This document shows, piece by piece, positions 8,595 to 19,380 of a DNA stretch of 64,000 bases; within the stretch, counting starts at the first letter, position 1; every line of letters starts with the position of its first letter. The translations under genes were made by a program, and so were the position numbers. Source of the stretch: Flavobacteriaceae bacterium (GTDB lineage Bacteria > Bacteroidota > Bacteroidia > Flavobacteriales > Flavobacteriaceae); NCBI GenBank assembly GCA_947446635.1, contig CANFHF010000009.1, positions 494 to 64,493 of the forward strand, read 5' to 3'. The notes under the pieces are model-generated. The model was given only the letters and a program-made list of their open reading frames with translations, did not search any database and was not told the origin of the DNA.

Positions 8595-11306
8595 TTATGG
8601 ATTAATCGTCAAAGAAGCAAAATATTGCTGTCCTATTGCTCCCGCTCCTAATACTTGGGTATATTCCTTACCACCAATATTGGTAGCGCCAATTTTTAGT
8701 ACTGATTTTAATTTAGGAAGTCCATAATTAATTTGAGCATCAATAACAGTAGCAGCATCAATCATTCCATCAGCCATGGTAGATTGCCATAAATATTCGC
8801 TATTCCATCTTCCGCTTAGGTTAAACCCAAAGTTTGCGAATAAATTAGTATTGCCAAAACTCGCTTTTACTCTGTGTTTTGGGGTGTTAAATTGAGTTTC
8901 GAAACTTGGGTCTTTGGCTTGGTCAAATTTAAATTCAGCGTAGTTGTAATTAGCGCTGATTTCATAATTTCCAAAAACCTTTCTAGACACCCCCAATCCA
9001 AAACCTAAGGATTGAATTTCTGGAGTTGTATTGGTGTACAATTGATACGCTCTGTAGTTTCCATTTGCAAGAGCATGTAGTGATTGAACCGCTGGATTTG
9101 TCATATAGGCTATAGGCGAGTCTGTTGCTCCTTGAGCAAAATTGATAGACTCACTTGCTGTTCCATACAAAGGAGCAACAACAGTTAAGTTGCCAATAAA
9201 GTCATTATAAATATTATAATACCCATTTACGTCAACATAAAAATCTTTTATCTCAGATCGATAGCCTAACTCAAATGCTTTTACTTGTTCCGGTTTGACA
9301 TAACCAACGTTGGTTTTTTTCAACAAAGCGGCTGCTCCGGGAGTATTTCCAGGATTAGCTGCGGCAAATGCCCCAAACGCCCCTACTGATGCAGCAGTAT
9401 ACGAATTGGAATATGCATTTACTCCTGTCATATTTACACTGTTAGCAGGAGTAGTTATACCCCCGCCCGCATATATTTTTCCTATAGCAGGATCTCCTTC
9501 GGCTACGGGTAATGTTTCTGAATATCGTAATAAATTATCGGGTGCTGAGCCAATTAATACCGCATTTCCAACATTAAACCCGATGTATTGATCTTGTGTG
9601 CTTGGATTTCTGAAGCCTGTTTGGAAAGAGGCTCTAATATTATGTTGTTTGTTTTGACCCGCGGAATATGCTAAAGCAATTCTTGGAGAATAACTACCGT
9701 CAAAATTTTTGGATTTATCATAACGAATAGATCCCGTAAGTTTCAATTTTTCGTCCAATACTTTTTTGGTTACTTGAGTATACACTCCGTATTCGTTATA
9801 AAAAATAGGGCTATTCGCATCCGTATAAATTCGGCCATGCGAGTTCAGTTCATATTCTCTGAAAGAACCGCCCACTTGAATTTCTGCAAATTTAGCAAGG
9901 TCTTTGAAGTTGTAATTAGCATCGGAATGGTATATCCTAGAATTGTCTACCAATTTTGAACCTGACAACACGCTTGCCTCTGCGGTTACTTTATCAAAAG
10001 CATTGTTGAAAGTGGTTGTCCCAGGAATAAATCTACCCACATCTGCAGCGCCTCGGGCAAGTGCATGAGAAGCAGACGCATTGCTTGTATAAATTGGGCC
10101 AAATAAGCCAGCAAAAGCTTGGGCATAAGCTCCTGCATAGGTTCCAAACCAAGTGGCGTCTGGTTTCCATTCTCTATTGATATTGATTCCTGTAAATAAC
10201 ATATCGTATGATTTCCCCCCATCTTCGGTAGTGGTATATCCTCTTACGAAAAAGTTTTTTCCTTTTATTTCTAATTTATGCTGTTGCATAAAAAAGTCAT
10301 TCAAATAATATCTATTGGCTCCTTGATAAACCGCATTTCCGAATCCAAATTTACTTTGCCAAATAATTTCAGTATCATTCGCCCAAGGTTTAAAATGAAG
10401 AGAAAAATCTATCTTGGCGTTTCTGGCTTTATTATCTGTTAAATCGGTTTCGTTATATCCTGTCCTTGATACATTTTCATTTGGTAATAATGCTGCAAGT
10501 CCTGATGGCAATAGATTATCAGCAACCATTTTCTGCCCAACATTATAAAGATTTGTGCTCACCTCATCCCCATACACATTGATCCCATCATAATTCTGAT
10601 CACTTCTAGATATTCCTTGTCCTTGTCTATTCTTATCATCATAATTTGTGGCATACCAATCTGTTCCTTCCATGTAAGTATAGTTTGCTTTGGCGGCGAA
10701 GTATTTGTTAAAAGTGTGTGCCACTCTTATGCCGTAATCGTGAAAGTCATTAGAACCTGCTGCTTTTTGGTTGGTATTTCCGTATTTGACATAAGCCGAA
10801 ATCCCTTCAGAAGTAAAAGGACTTTTACTATTCATGAACAAAATTCCGTTAAAAGCATTGGCTCCATACAAGGCAGAAGACGCTCCCGGTAACAATTCCA
10901 CACTTTGAACATCTAGTTCCGAAATTCCAATCATATTTCCCAATACAAAGTTCAATAATGGAGAAGAATTATCCATTCCGTCTACTAATTGCATAAATCG
11001 AACATTAGAAACTGTAGCAAAACCACGAGTGTTTATAGATTTGAAAGTCAAACTGCTGGTGTTCATGTTAACTTCTTTCAGGTTTTCTAAACCGTCATAA
11101 AAAGAAGGGGAAGCCGTCTTTTTGATGTCTTTAATGGTCATTCTTTCAATAGTAACTGGGGATTCTCTAACTCTTTCTGGAGTTCTTGAGGCAGAAACAA
11201 CAATCTCATCTAGAGGTGTTGTTGCTTTAATGGAATCTGAAACTGTTTTTTGAGCAAAAGTGATGCTACAAAAAAACAAAGATAAAGTAAGTAGATACGT
11301 TCTCAT
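8595..11306 (-). CDS. TonB-dependent outer-membrane receptor
   Basis: Signal peptide, LDEIVVSASR TonB-box-like segment, plug domain (INTRGF, VELLPGASSALYG), beta-barrel C terminus. Confidence 0.92.
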   Translation of the reverse strand: MRTYLLTLSLFFCSITFAQKTVSDSIKATTPLDEIVVSASRTPERVRESPVTIERMTIKDIKKTASPSFYDGLENLKEVNMNTSSLTFKSINTRGFATVSNVRFMQLVDGMDNSSPLLNFVLGNMIGISELDVQSVELLPGASSALYGANAFNGILFMNSKSPFTSEGISAYVKYGNTNQKAAGSNDFHDYGIRVAHTFNKYFAAKANYTYMEGTDWYATNYDDKNRQGQGISRSDQNYDGINVYGDEVSTNLYNVGQKMVADNLLPSGLAALLPNENVSRTGYNETDLTDNKARNAKIDFSLHFKPWANDTEIIWQSKFGFGNAVYQGANRYYLNDFFMQQHKLEIKGKNFFVRGYTTTEDGGKSYDMLFTGININREWKPDATWFGTYAGAYAQAFAGLFGPIYTSNASASHALARGAADVGRFIPGTTTFNNAFDKVTAEASVLSGSKLVDNSRIYHSDANYNFKDLAKFAEIQVGGSFREYELNSHGRIYTDANSPIFYNEYGVYTQVTKKVLDEKLKLTGSIRYDKSKNFDGSYSPRIALAYSAGQNKQHNIRASFQTGFRNPSTQDQYIGFNVGNAVLIGSAPDNLLRYSETLPVAEGDPAIGKIYAGGGITTPANSVNMTGVNAYSNSYTAASVGAFGAFAAANPGNTPGAAALLKKTNVGYVKPEQVKAFELGYRSEIKDFYVDVNGYYNIYNDFIGNLTVVAPLYGTASESINFAQGATDSPIAYMTNPAVQSLHALANGNYRAYQLYTNTTPEIQSLGFGLGVSRKVFGNYEISANYNYAEFKFDQAKDPSFETQFNTPKHRVKASFGNTNLFANFGFNLSGRWNSEYLWQSTMADGMIDAATVIDAQINYGLPKLKSVLKIGATNIGGKEYTQVLGAGAIGQQYFASLTINP

Positions 11307-11362
11307 TTGATTAAAATTTGTTGGTTAATTAGAGCCAAAGTACAAATAATATCCATATTAAC

Positions 11363-11392
11363 AAAAAAAAGAGAGGTATTTTCCTCTCTTTT
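11363..11392 (-). terminator. Intrinsic terminator of glmS
   Basis: AAAAGAGAGG-loop-CCTCTCTTTT hairpin. Confidence 0.75.
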
Positions 11393-11416
11393 GATACAAT
11401 AGTTACTAAAATGCTA

Positions 11417-13261
11417 TTATTCCACGGTTACTGATTTAGCCAAATTTCTAGGCTGATCCACATTACACCCTCTCATCACAGCAATGTGATAGGACAATAA
11501 TTGCAAAGGAATAGTGGTTATCAAAGGGGATAAAGCGTCCGAAGTTTCAGGAATTTCAATAATATAATCTGCCAACTCACGAACTTGCGTATCGCCTTTG
11601 GTTACCACGGCAATGATTATTCCGCTACGGGATTTAATTTCCTGAATGTTGCTCACAATTTTGTCATAATGTCCTTGCTTTGGAGCAATGACAACTACAG
11701 GCATGCGTTCGTCAATCAAGGCGATTGGGCCGTGCTTCATTTCTGCTGCGGGATAACCCTCAGCATGGATATACGAAATTTCTTTGAGTTTCAACGCGCC
11801 TTCTAGAGCAACAGGAAAGTTATATCCTCTACCTAAATAGAGACAATTATGTGAATCTTTGAAAACAGAAGCAATTTCTTTTGCTTTATTGTTGGTTTCC
11901 AAAGCCTCTTTTACTTTTTCAGGAATGATTTTCAATTCTTGTAAATACTTGTGTAAATCCGTCTTAGACAACGTTCCTTTGGCTTGTGCCAATCGCAAGG
12001 CCATCATCGTTAGAACTGTGATTTGGGTAGTAAATGCTTTGGTAGATGCCACTCCAATTTCTGGACCCGCATGGGTATAAGCTCCCGCATGACTTTCTCT
12101 GGAAATAGAAGAACCCACTACATTACAAACTCCAAAAACAAAGGCTCCTTTTTCTTTGGCCAATTTTATGGCCGCCATAGTATCAGCTGTTTCACCAGAT
12201 TGTGATATGGCTATTACCACGTCTTTGCTATTTATTATAGGATTTCTATATCTAAATTCAGACGCATATTCAACTTCTACGGGAATTCGGGTAAATTCTT
12301 CAAAAATATATTCTGCTACCAAACCGGCGTGCCAAGAGGTGCCACAGGCGATAATAATAATTCTGTCGGCATTCAGAAATTTCTCTAAATTATCCTCAAT
12401 ACCTGACATTTTGATTATTCCTTCGTTGGCATTAAGTCTTCCGCGATAGGTGTCTTTTATAACGCTAGGTTGTTCGTAGATCTCCTTCAACATGAAATGG
12501 TCATAACCCCCTTTTTCAATTTGCTCCAAGTTCATTTGAAGTTCTTGAATATAAGGATCAACCAAAGAATCATCTTTAATTTTTCGAACTTTTATAGGTT
12601 TGTGCAACCTAATATTTGCCATTTCCCCGTCTTCTAAGTAAACGGCATTTGAGGTGTATTCTATAAATGGAGAAGCATCAGACGCAATGAAATATTCTTC
12701 TTCTCCAATGCCTATTGCTAAAGGACTTCCCAATCGGGCAACAACAATTTCATCTGGGTTTTTTTTGTCAAAAACAGCTATTGCGTAGGCTCCTACCACT
12801 TGATTTAATGCCACTTGAACCGCTTTCCCTAATTTTAGTTTTTCTTTTTTCTGAATTTCTTCAATAAGGTTTACCAATACTTCTGTATCGGTATCGGAGT
12901 GAAAAACATAGCCTCTTTTTAGTAGTTCCTTTTTAAGTGGGGCGTAGTTTTCAATGATTCCGTTATGAATTATTGCCAAATCGCCAGAATTAGAAAGATG
13001 TGGATGAGAATTCACATCGTTTGGCACTCCATGAGTTGCCCAACGGGTGTGCCCTATTCCAATAGTTCCGGTTATAGTAATTTCTTTGGATTGCTCTTCA
13101 AGGTCTGAAACCTTTCCTTTTGTTTTAGACAGCTTGATGTTGTTTCCATCATATAACATGACTCCTGCACTATCATATCCTCTGTATTCAAGCCTTTTTA
13201 ACCCTTTTATAACAATAGGAAAAGCCTCTCTATAGCCAATATATCCAACAATTCCACACAT
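11417..13261 (-). CDS. glmS: Glutamine--fructose-6-phosphate transaminase
   Basis: MCGIVG N-terminal nucleophile, GHTRWATHG, SQSGETADT, C-terminal PRNLAKSVTVE. Confidence 0.99.
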   Translation of the reverse strand: MCGIVGYIGYREAFPIVIKGLKRLEYRGYDSAGVMLYDGNNIKLSKTKGKVSDLEEQSKEITITGTIGIGHTRWATHGVPNDVNSHPHLSNSGDLAIIHNGIIENYAPLKKELLKRGYVFHSDTDTEVLVNLIEEIQKKEKLKLGKAVQVALNQVVGAYAIAVFDKKNPDEIVVARLGSPLAIGIGEEEYFIASDASPFIEYTSNAVYLEDGEMANIRLHKPIKVRKIKDDSLVDPYIQELQMNLEQIEKGGYDHFMLKEIYEQPSVIKDTYRGRLNANEGIIKMSGIEDNLEKFLNADRIIIIACGTSWHAGLVAEYIFEEFTRIPVEVEYASEFRYRNPIINSKDVVIAISQSGETADTMAAIKLAKEKGAFVFGVCNVVGSSISRESHAGAYTHAGPEIGVASTKAFTTQITVLTMMALRLAQAKGTLSKTDLHKYLQELKIIPEKVKEALETNNKAKEIASVFKDSHNCLYLGRGYNFPVALEGALKLKEISYIHAEGYPAAEMKHGPIALIDERMPVVVIAPKQGHYDKIVSNIQEIKSRSGIIIAVVTKGDTQVRELADYIIEIPETSDALSPLITTIPLQLLSYHIAVMRGCNVDQPRNLAKSVTVE

Positions 13262-13270
13262 AATTTTGAG

Positions 13271-14809
13271 TTAATTAGGTTTTGTATAATAAATTTCTAA
13301 TTTCAATCTTTTATCATAATTAGGGTCACTAGAAAGAATTTTATTTCCATATAGTATGGTTCCAAGAGGATTCATAACGCTTGTTTTTGGCGCAAAACCA
13401 GTTTTATCTTTAAATTCACTGAAGATAGCAGTATTTATATCTTCCGTAACCACAACTCCTAATTTTACATTATTTTTTGTAGCATCATTGATGAGATTTC
13501 TGATATGATTTGTGATTCTGATGGTGTAGGTTGATTTGGTTTTATTTAGAATCCCATCAAATACTAATTTTCCATTTTTGGAGCTGCTCCCTGAAGTAAA
13601 ATCGTTGTAATAATCGGATATGGGAACATTATTCGTCATATCGTACAAATAAATTCGTTGAGGATTTGGACTACCTCCCATGGCATCGGCATCAATATGA
13701 AAAACAAGATTTGCTTCGTTGATTAACCATTTATTGGCTCTAAGTGTTTCTAATTCCCCTGGAGTATCAAAAAGACTAATTACAGCCATAGAACCCTCGC
13801 CACCTTTTAGATATAATTTTTCATCACCAAGTGTTGTACTTGCTGAACTGATAGCAGAAGTATAAGCTTGTTTTGTATTGGATTGTTCCAACAAACTTAC
13901 GGTGTTCCCACTCAGGTTAAGAACGATAGATTTTTCCACTCTGGTTGCATCAGTTGTTGAAGTATCTTCTTTATAGGTAATAGTAATTACCCCTTTCGAA
14001 AAATCCATCATAGCCATGCTGCCCGCATCGATTCCCGATTTTTCCACTTTAAAATACAGACCTCTAAAATATTCTTTGAAAGACTCGTTAGTTAACAATT
14101 TTGCAGATGCCGCATTCGCAATTTTGGAATCAAAAAAACTTTTATTTAAATTTAATTGCATTCCCGGAGCTGTTCGCGTTGTTGTAACTGCATCTGTACT
14201 TGTTGCAACATGTTCAGCAGGATCAAAGAAAAAAGCATCATTCTGGGCAATGTTTGAATCATCATTTAAACGATTGCCAATTTTAAAATTTTCAAAATCG
14301 GTTTGATCAGTGTAATATTTTTGTGCGTTTTGAAAACCCCCAACAGGATCTAGATCTCGCATAAAATAACCCGATTCATAAATGCTTAGTTTAATTTTAG
14401 CAGTGCTTGCACCATATATCGAATCCAATTCGTACACATGACTTCCGTCGGCATTCGTTGTTTTTAAAGTGCTAAAATAAGGAATCGTCAAAACTACACT
14501 TTCCACCACAGGATTTTTCCCTATTGTTGGATTAACAGTAGCCAATGATAATTGTGTCGCAAAACTTGCCGTTGTTTTACCAAAAGCAGGATTGTCATAA
14601 ATTCCTAGGGCATTAACAGGAAGATTGTTAGATTGTATAGGTCCAATTTTTTGATTGTAGGCCACCACACTATAGTTTTCCTTATTTAGATCAAAATGAT
14701 TTGTGCCAATTAAATCCGATCCAATTTCATTATAATCTTTATCGCAGGAAGCGAAAATAATAACAACCGCCACGAATAGAACTTGCTTTAAAAAAGAATT
14801 ATTGTACAT
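13271..14809 (-). CDS. DUF4270-like lipoprotein
   Basis: Lipobox FASC; C-terminal RLKLEIYYT; usual Bacteroidota position between the glgA-like gene and glmS. Confidence 0.75.
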   Translation of the reverse strand: MYNNSFLKQVLFVAVVIIFASCDKDYNEIGSDLIGTNHFDLNKENYSVVAYNQKIGPIQSNNLPVNALGIYDNPAFGKTTASFATQLSLATVNPTIGKNPVVESVVLTIPYFSTLKTTNADGSHVYELDSIYGASTAKIKLSIYESGYFMRDLDPVGGFQNAQKYYTDQTDFENFKIGNRLNDDSNIAQNDAFFFDPAEHVATSTDAVTTTRTAPGMQLNLNKSFFDSKIANAASAKLLTNESFKEYFRGLYFKVEKSGIDAGSMAMMDFSKGVITITYKEDTSTTDATRVEKSIVLNLSGNTVSLLEQSNTKQAYTSAISSASTTLGDEKLYLKGGEGSMAVISLFDTPGELETLRANKWLINEANLVFHIDADAMGGSPNPQRIYLYDMTNNVPISDYYNDFTSGSSSKNGKLVFDGILNKTKSTYTIRITNHIRNLINDATKNNVKLGVVVTEDINTAIFSEFKDKTGFAPKTSVMNPLGTILYGNKILSSDPNYDKRLKLEIYYTKPN

Positions 14810-14832
14810 ATCTAAAGGGAAAAAAGTTTAAT

Positions 14833-15639
14833 TTATAGAACGCTGTTTTTGTAGAAATCAGTATACGCTTCAGCGAATTTTTCTTTCGGAGTGAAAGGTA
14901 AAAAAGGTTTTCCTGAAGATTCTATAAATTTTGTTAAACTTGAAGATACCTGCTCTGAAGCAATGATTACAGCATCCGAATGATTGATGGTTGCTTTCAT
15001 AATGCTTTCGTAATCAGGGTTTTTAAGATCTAGAATTGCCTCATTAGGAATGCCGTCAAACAACACCTTATTAATCATTTCAATATTTAAAGTTCCTTCA
15101 AAAGACTGACTATAAACAGATGTAACAATCTTTGTTTCCGAAAACAAAGCCTCATTTTTGTAAAAATGTTTCATATAAATAGGCAACATGGCTGCCATCC
15201 ATCCATGAACATGAATAATGTCTGGAACCCAATTGAGTTTTTTTACGGTTTCGACAACCCCTTTTGCAAAGAAAATGGCTCGCTCATCATTATCGGGAAA
15301 CATAACCCCTTCTTCATCGGTAAAAGTAGCTTTCCGTTTAAAATATTCATCGTTGTCAATAAAATAGACTTGTATTCTTTCTTTTGGAATAGAAGCAACT
15401 TTTATAATCAAGGGCATATCCAAGTCATTGACTACCAAATTCATCCCTGAAAGACGAATTACTTCGTGCAATTGATGCCTTCTTTCATTTATATTCCCAT
15501 ATCTTGGCATGAAAATTCGTAATTGCCCTCCCTGATTATTAATCATTTTTGGTGCTTCATAAGACATTGAAGACACCTCATTTTCAGCTAGATAAGGCAC
15601 CACTTCAGATGATACATATAATATTCTCTTACCTTCCAT
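14833..15639 (-). CDS. Glycogen/starch synthase N-terminal-domain protein (Glyco_transf_5 only)
   Basis: RILYVSSEVVPY, IFMPRYG, WVPDIIHVHGW; too short to include the C-terminal GT domain. Start placed at ATG 15639. Confidence 0.85.
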   Translation of the reverse strand: MEGKRILYVSSEVVPYLAENEVSSMSYEAPKMINNQGGQLRIFMPRYGNINERRHQLHEVIRLSGMNLVVNDLDMPLIIKVASIPKERIQVYFIDNDEYFKRKATFTDEEGVMFPDNDERAIFFAKGVVETVKKLNWVPDIIHVHGWMAAMLPIYMKHFYKNEALFSETKIVTSVYSQSFEGTLNIEMINKVLFDGIPNEAILDLKNPDYESIMKATINHSDAVIIASEQVSSSLTKFIESSGKPFLPFTPKEKFAEAYTDFYKNSVL

Positions 15640-15716
15640 ATTGTAAATTACTTGATTAATTGGCAATTAAAACCATGCAAAATTACGAAAATTTATGCAG
15701 TTATGGACTAAAATAT

Positions 15717-15724
15717 TATGTTTG
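15717..15724 (+). promoter_or_regulatory. -7 promoter box of panCD
   Basis: TATGTTTG; supports a start at ATG 15748 rather than 15718. Confidence 0.6.
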
Positions 15725-15747
15725 CAGTTAATTTCAATAAAATAGCC

Positions 15748-16596
15748 ATGTACATTTTCTATGGAAATGAAGCTTTAATAGCCTACTTAAAATCTATTAA
15801 AACCAGCCATTCCACCATTGGGTTTGTTCCAACTATGGGTGCTTTACACCAAGGGCATTTATCGTTGATGCAAAAATCATTGTCAGAAAATGAATGTACC
15901 GTTGTGAGTATTTTTGTGAATCCCACCCAATTCAATAATCCAGAAGACTTAGCAAAATATCCTAGAGCACTTGAAAACGATATAAAAAAAATTGCCGCAT
16001 TAAGCCCTGAAATCATAGTATATGCGCCCCCTATTGAGGATATCTATGTAGGAAAGCCTAGTTCACAATTCTTTGATTTTGATGGATTAGAAAACCAAAT
16101 GGAAGGCAAATTCAGGCCCGGGCATTTCAATGGCGTTGGCACCATTGTAAAGCGACTTTTTGAAATTGTAACCCCAACCAATGCCTATTTTGGAGAGAAA
16201 GATTTCCAGCAATTACAAATTATAAAAAAATTAGTAGCAAAAAATTATTTGAAAGTTGCTATCCAAAGCTGTCCTATTTATAGGGAGCCTAATAATTTGG
16301 CCATGAGTTCCCGAAATGAACTCTTATCCTCAAAAGAAAAACAAGAGGCTTCCTTAATTTACAAAACATTAGTTGGCGCCAAGGAAAAATTGAAAACAAC
16401 CAGCGCTGCAACTGTTGTCAAATGGGTCCAAAAATCATTTGAAAAAAATCCTAGTTTTACATTAGACTATTTTCAAATTGCTGACGAGGCAACACTTTTG
16501 CCTTGTGTGAGAAAAAACAAAAACAAAAAATACCGTGCTTTTATAGCTGTATTCGTCAACAATATCCGATTGATTGACACCCTTTCATTAAATTAA
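15748..16596 (+). CDS. panC: Pantoate--beta-alanine ligase
   Basis: [45 protein letters not shown]. Confidence 0.97.
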   Translation: MYIFYGNEALIAYLKSIKTSHSTIGFVPTMGALHQGHLSLMQKSLSENECTVVSIFVNPTQFNNPEDLAKYPRALENDIKKIAALSPEIIVYAPPIEDIYVGKPSSQFFDFDGLENQMEGKFRPGHFNGVGTIVKRLFEIVTPTNAYFGEKDFQQLQIIKKLVAKNYLKVAIQSCPIYREPNNLAMSSRNELLSSKEKQEASLIYKTLVGAKEKLKTTSAATVVKWVQKSFEKNPSFTLDYFQIADEATLLPCVRKNKNKKYRAFIAVFVNNIRLIDTLSLN

Positions 16597-16610
16597 CTTA
16601 CTTTTGTAGG

Positions 16611-16961
16611 ATGCAAATTCAAGTCGTAAAATCAAAAATTCACCGGGTAAAAGTAACTGGAGCCGATTTAAATTATATTGGTAGCATTACCATTGACGAA
16701 GCGTTAATGGACGCCTCCAATATCATTGAAGGCGAGAAAGTTTCAATTGTTAACATCAATAATGGCGAACGATTTGAAACTTATGCCATCAAAGGGGCAA
16801 AAAATTCGGGGGAAATAACACTCAACGGACCCGCTGCGAGAAAAGTACAAAAGGACGATATCATCATCATCATTTCCTATGCTACATTAGACTTTGAAGA
16901 AGCCAAAACTTTCCACCCATGGATTATTTTCCCGAATGAAAAAGACAATTCCTTAACTTAA
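16611..16961 (+). CDS. panD: Aspartate 1-decarboxylase
   Basis: [17 protein letters not shown] self-cleavage site, [15 protein letters not shown]. Confidence 0.97.
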   Translation: MQIQVVKSKIHRVKVTGADLNYIGSITIDEALMDASNIIEGEKVSIVNINNGERFETYAIKGAKNSGEITLNGPAARKVQKDDIIIIISYATLDFEEAKTFHPWIIFPNEKDNSLT

Positions 16962-17045
16962 AGGGAACAAGGTTTTTTAATAAAATAAATTCTTTTTTTT
17001 GAATATTCTTTAGCTTAAATTTGGATTTAATTTAGTGGATAAATA

Positions 17046-18407
17046 ATGTCAAAAGTAAAAACCTCCTTTTTTTGCCAGAACTGTGGCGCTCAATACTCTA
17101 AATGGCAAGGCCAATGCAATTCTTGCAAAGAATGGAATACTATTGCAGAAGAAATTATTCAAAAAGAAGAAAAATCAGCTTGGAAAAGCGAATCAGTTTC
17201 CGCCACCAAAGCGCCAAAGCCCTTAAAAATAAACGAAATTGATTCTAGCCAGGAAATCCGAATGGACACCACCGACGGAGAACTCAACCGTGTGCTCGGT
17301 GGTGGCATTGTCCCTGGATCTTTAATCCTTTTGGGCGGCGAACCCGGCATTGGAAAAAGCACCCTTTTACTTCAAATATCCTTAAAACTGCCTTATAAAA
17401 CCTTATATGTTTCAGGCGAAGAAAGCCAAAAGCAAATCAAAATGCGTGCCGAAAGAATCACGCCAAATAGCGACAATTGCTACATTCTTACAGAAACCAA
17501 AACCCAAAACATCTTCAAACAAATTGAAGCCATCGAACCTGAAATCGTCATCATCGATTCCATTCAAACGCTTCATACGGACTATATCGACTCTACTCCG
17601 GGAAGTATTTCCCAAATTCGCGAAACTACTGCCGAACTGATAAAATTTGCCAAAGAAACCAATATTCCTGTGATTCTTATTGGTCATATTACTAAGGATG
17701 GAAACATCGCAGGGCCCAAAATTTTGGAACACATGGTTGATACTGTCTTGCAATTCGAAGGAGACCGCAATCATGTGTACCGCATTTTGCGCTCGCTAAA
17801 AAATCGTTTCGGCTCCACTGCCGAAATTGGAATTTATGAAATGTTAGGGAATGGTTTACGCGAAGTATCCAACCCATCAGAAATATTGATTTCACACAAA
17901 GACGAAGAATTATCAGGAACCGCCATCGCCTCCACTCTCGAAGGCATGCGTCCGCTGATGATTGAAATACAATCATTAGTAAGTACGGCAGTTTACGGAA
18001 CTCCACAGCGCAGCACAACAGGTTATAATGCCAAAAGGCTCAATATGATTTTAGCAGTTTTAGAAAAACGTGCTGGTTTTCGGCTTGGCGCAAAAGATGT
18101 TTTCCTTAATATTACAGGCGGAATTTCGGTAGATGACCCTGCCATCGATTTAGCAGTTGTTGCAGCCATTTTATCATCAAATGAAGATATTCCGGTAAAT
18201 AAAGATTTTTGTTTTGCGGGTGAAGTAGGACTTTCAGGTGAAATTCGTCCTGTAAACCGGGTGGATCAACGCATTCAAGAAGCAGAAAAGTTGGGGTTTT
18301 CGACCATTTTTGTATCCAAATACAATAAAATTTCCTTGAAAAATACTCTGATTAAAATTCGTTTGGTCGCTAAAATTGAAGATGTGGCTAGCGAATTGTT
18401 TGGCTAG
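17046..18407 (+). CDS. radA: DNA repair protein RadA/Sms
   Basis: CQNCG...CNSC zinc finger, GGEPGIGKST, KNRFG motif, Lon-like C terminus. Confidence 0.98.
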   Translation: MSKVKTSFFCQNCGAQYSKWQGQCNSCKEWNTIAEEIIQKEEKSAWKSESVSATKAPKPLKINEIDSSQEIRMDTTDGELNRVLGGGIVPGSLILLGGEPGIGKSTLLLQISLKLPYKTLYVSGEESQKQIKMRAERITPNSDNCYILTETKTQNIFKQIEAIEPEIVIIDSIQTLHTDYIDSTPGSISQIRETTAELIKFAKETNIPVILIGHITKDGNIAGPKILEHMVDTVLQFEGDRNHVYRILRSLKNRFGSTAEIGIYEMLGNGLREVSNPSEILISHKDEELSGTAIASTLEGMRPLMIEIQSLVSTAVYGTPQRSTTGYNAKRLNMILAVLEKRAGFRLGAKDVFLNITGGISVDDPAIDLAVVAAILSSNEDIPVNKDFCFAGEVGLSGEIRPVNRVDQRIQEAEKLGFSTIFVSKYNKISLKNTLIKIRLVAKIEDVASELFG

Positions 18408-18600
18408 CATTCTTTTATATGAAACGTTAAATTTCATAAAAGGGCTTCATTTACCTCCTCAATTCCATTTAAGTTCCATTATTTTTTCTTAAATTTAGGT
18501 GTTATTTTCTACAATAAGAAAAATTAAGCTTTATAAAACCCTTGCTTCATAAACTAAAGCTTTTTGAAATTAATTTATTTTTAACCTAATAAATAATATC

Positions 18601-19047
18601 ATGGAAAAACAAGTCGGCATCTGGATAGACTCCAAAAAAGCAATAATTGTAACTCTTGATGGTCAAAAAGAAGTCAAAATTACCGAAATAGATTCTGAGG
18701 TAGAAAATGGTGTTTACCACAACAAAGAAGGCAATAAAGGAACCTTTTCTGGAATTCATCATAGTGATAGCGAAACGAAATTTGCCAACCGAAAAAAAGA
18801 AGAGCTTAATTATTTTCTTAAATCGGTGATGTCTTATATTAAAGGATCAGATTATCTGTATGTTTTTGGCCCTGCTGAAACAAAAATAAAGTTAGAACAA
18901 AAATTACGAGCGGAAAAATCCCTTGGCAACATCAAACTTAAGGCGGTTGAAACTTCCGATAATATGACTTTAAACGAAATTGTAGCTAAGGTTAAGGATT
19001 TTTATAATCCAGTACAGCGCAAAATCAATTTGGCTAGTCAGCAATAA
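18601..19047 (+). CDS. Hypothetical protein, possible host-attachment/baeRF (eRF1-like) domain
   Basis: GIWIDSKKAIIV N terminus and YVFGPAETK segment resemble that family; assignment tentative. Confidence 0.5.
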   Translation: MEKQVGIWIDSKKAIIVTLDGQKEVKITEIDSEVENGVYHNKEGNKGTFSGIHHSDSETKFANRKKEELNYFLKSVMSYIKGSDYLYVFGPAETKIKLEQKLRAEKSLGNIKLKAVETSDNMTLNEIVAKVKDFYNPVQRKINLASQQ

Positions 19048-19050
19048 GCT

Positions 19051-19085
19051 GTAACCTTAATCCAAATTCAAACCGTAACCTTAAT
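19051..19085. repeat. Direct repeat GTAACCTTAAT x2 (19051-19061, 19075-19085)
   Basis: Seen directly at the left edge of the accessory islet. Confidence 0.7.
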
Positions 19086-19287
19086 GTTCTGGTTTTTTGC
19101 GTTTTAATTCTTAATTGAAGTCCCGTACTTTAATTGTACAATAGTACAAACAAAAAATCCGTAAAGCCTTTATATAAGCTATTACGGATTTTATTCGTAG
19201 CAAACATTACACTTACTTGCTAGTAGCATCTATATTTTAAGCAAGCCTTATTTTACTAGGGTTGGTGTTTTTTAAGTAATGCGAAAT

Positions 19288-19307
19288 CGTGCATTTTCGT
19301 GCATTTT
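19288..19307. repeat. Tandem repeat CGTGCATTTT x2
   Basis: Seen directly; followed by GCCACCTA (19308-19315). Confidence 0.7.
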
Positions 19308-19350
19308 GCCACCTATTAAGTACACCCAAGATAAATTTACAATTAAGCAT

Positions 19351-19377
19351 AAAAAAAGCTCTATCTCGAGAGCTTTT
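19351..19377 (-). terminator. Terminator after the HigA-like gene
   Basis: AAAAGCTCT...AGAGCTTTT hairpin with a T run on the minus strand. Confidence 0.7.
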
Positions 19378-19380
19378 ATT

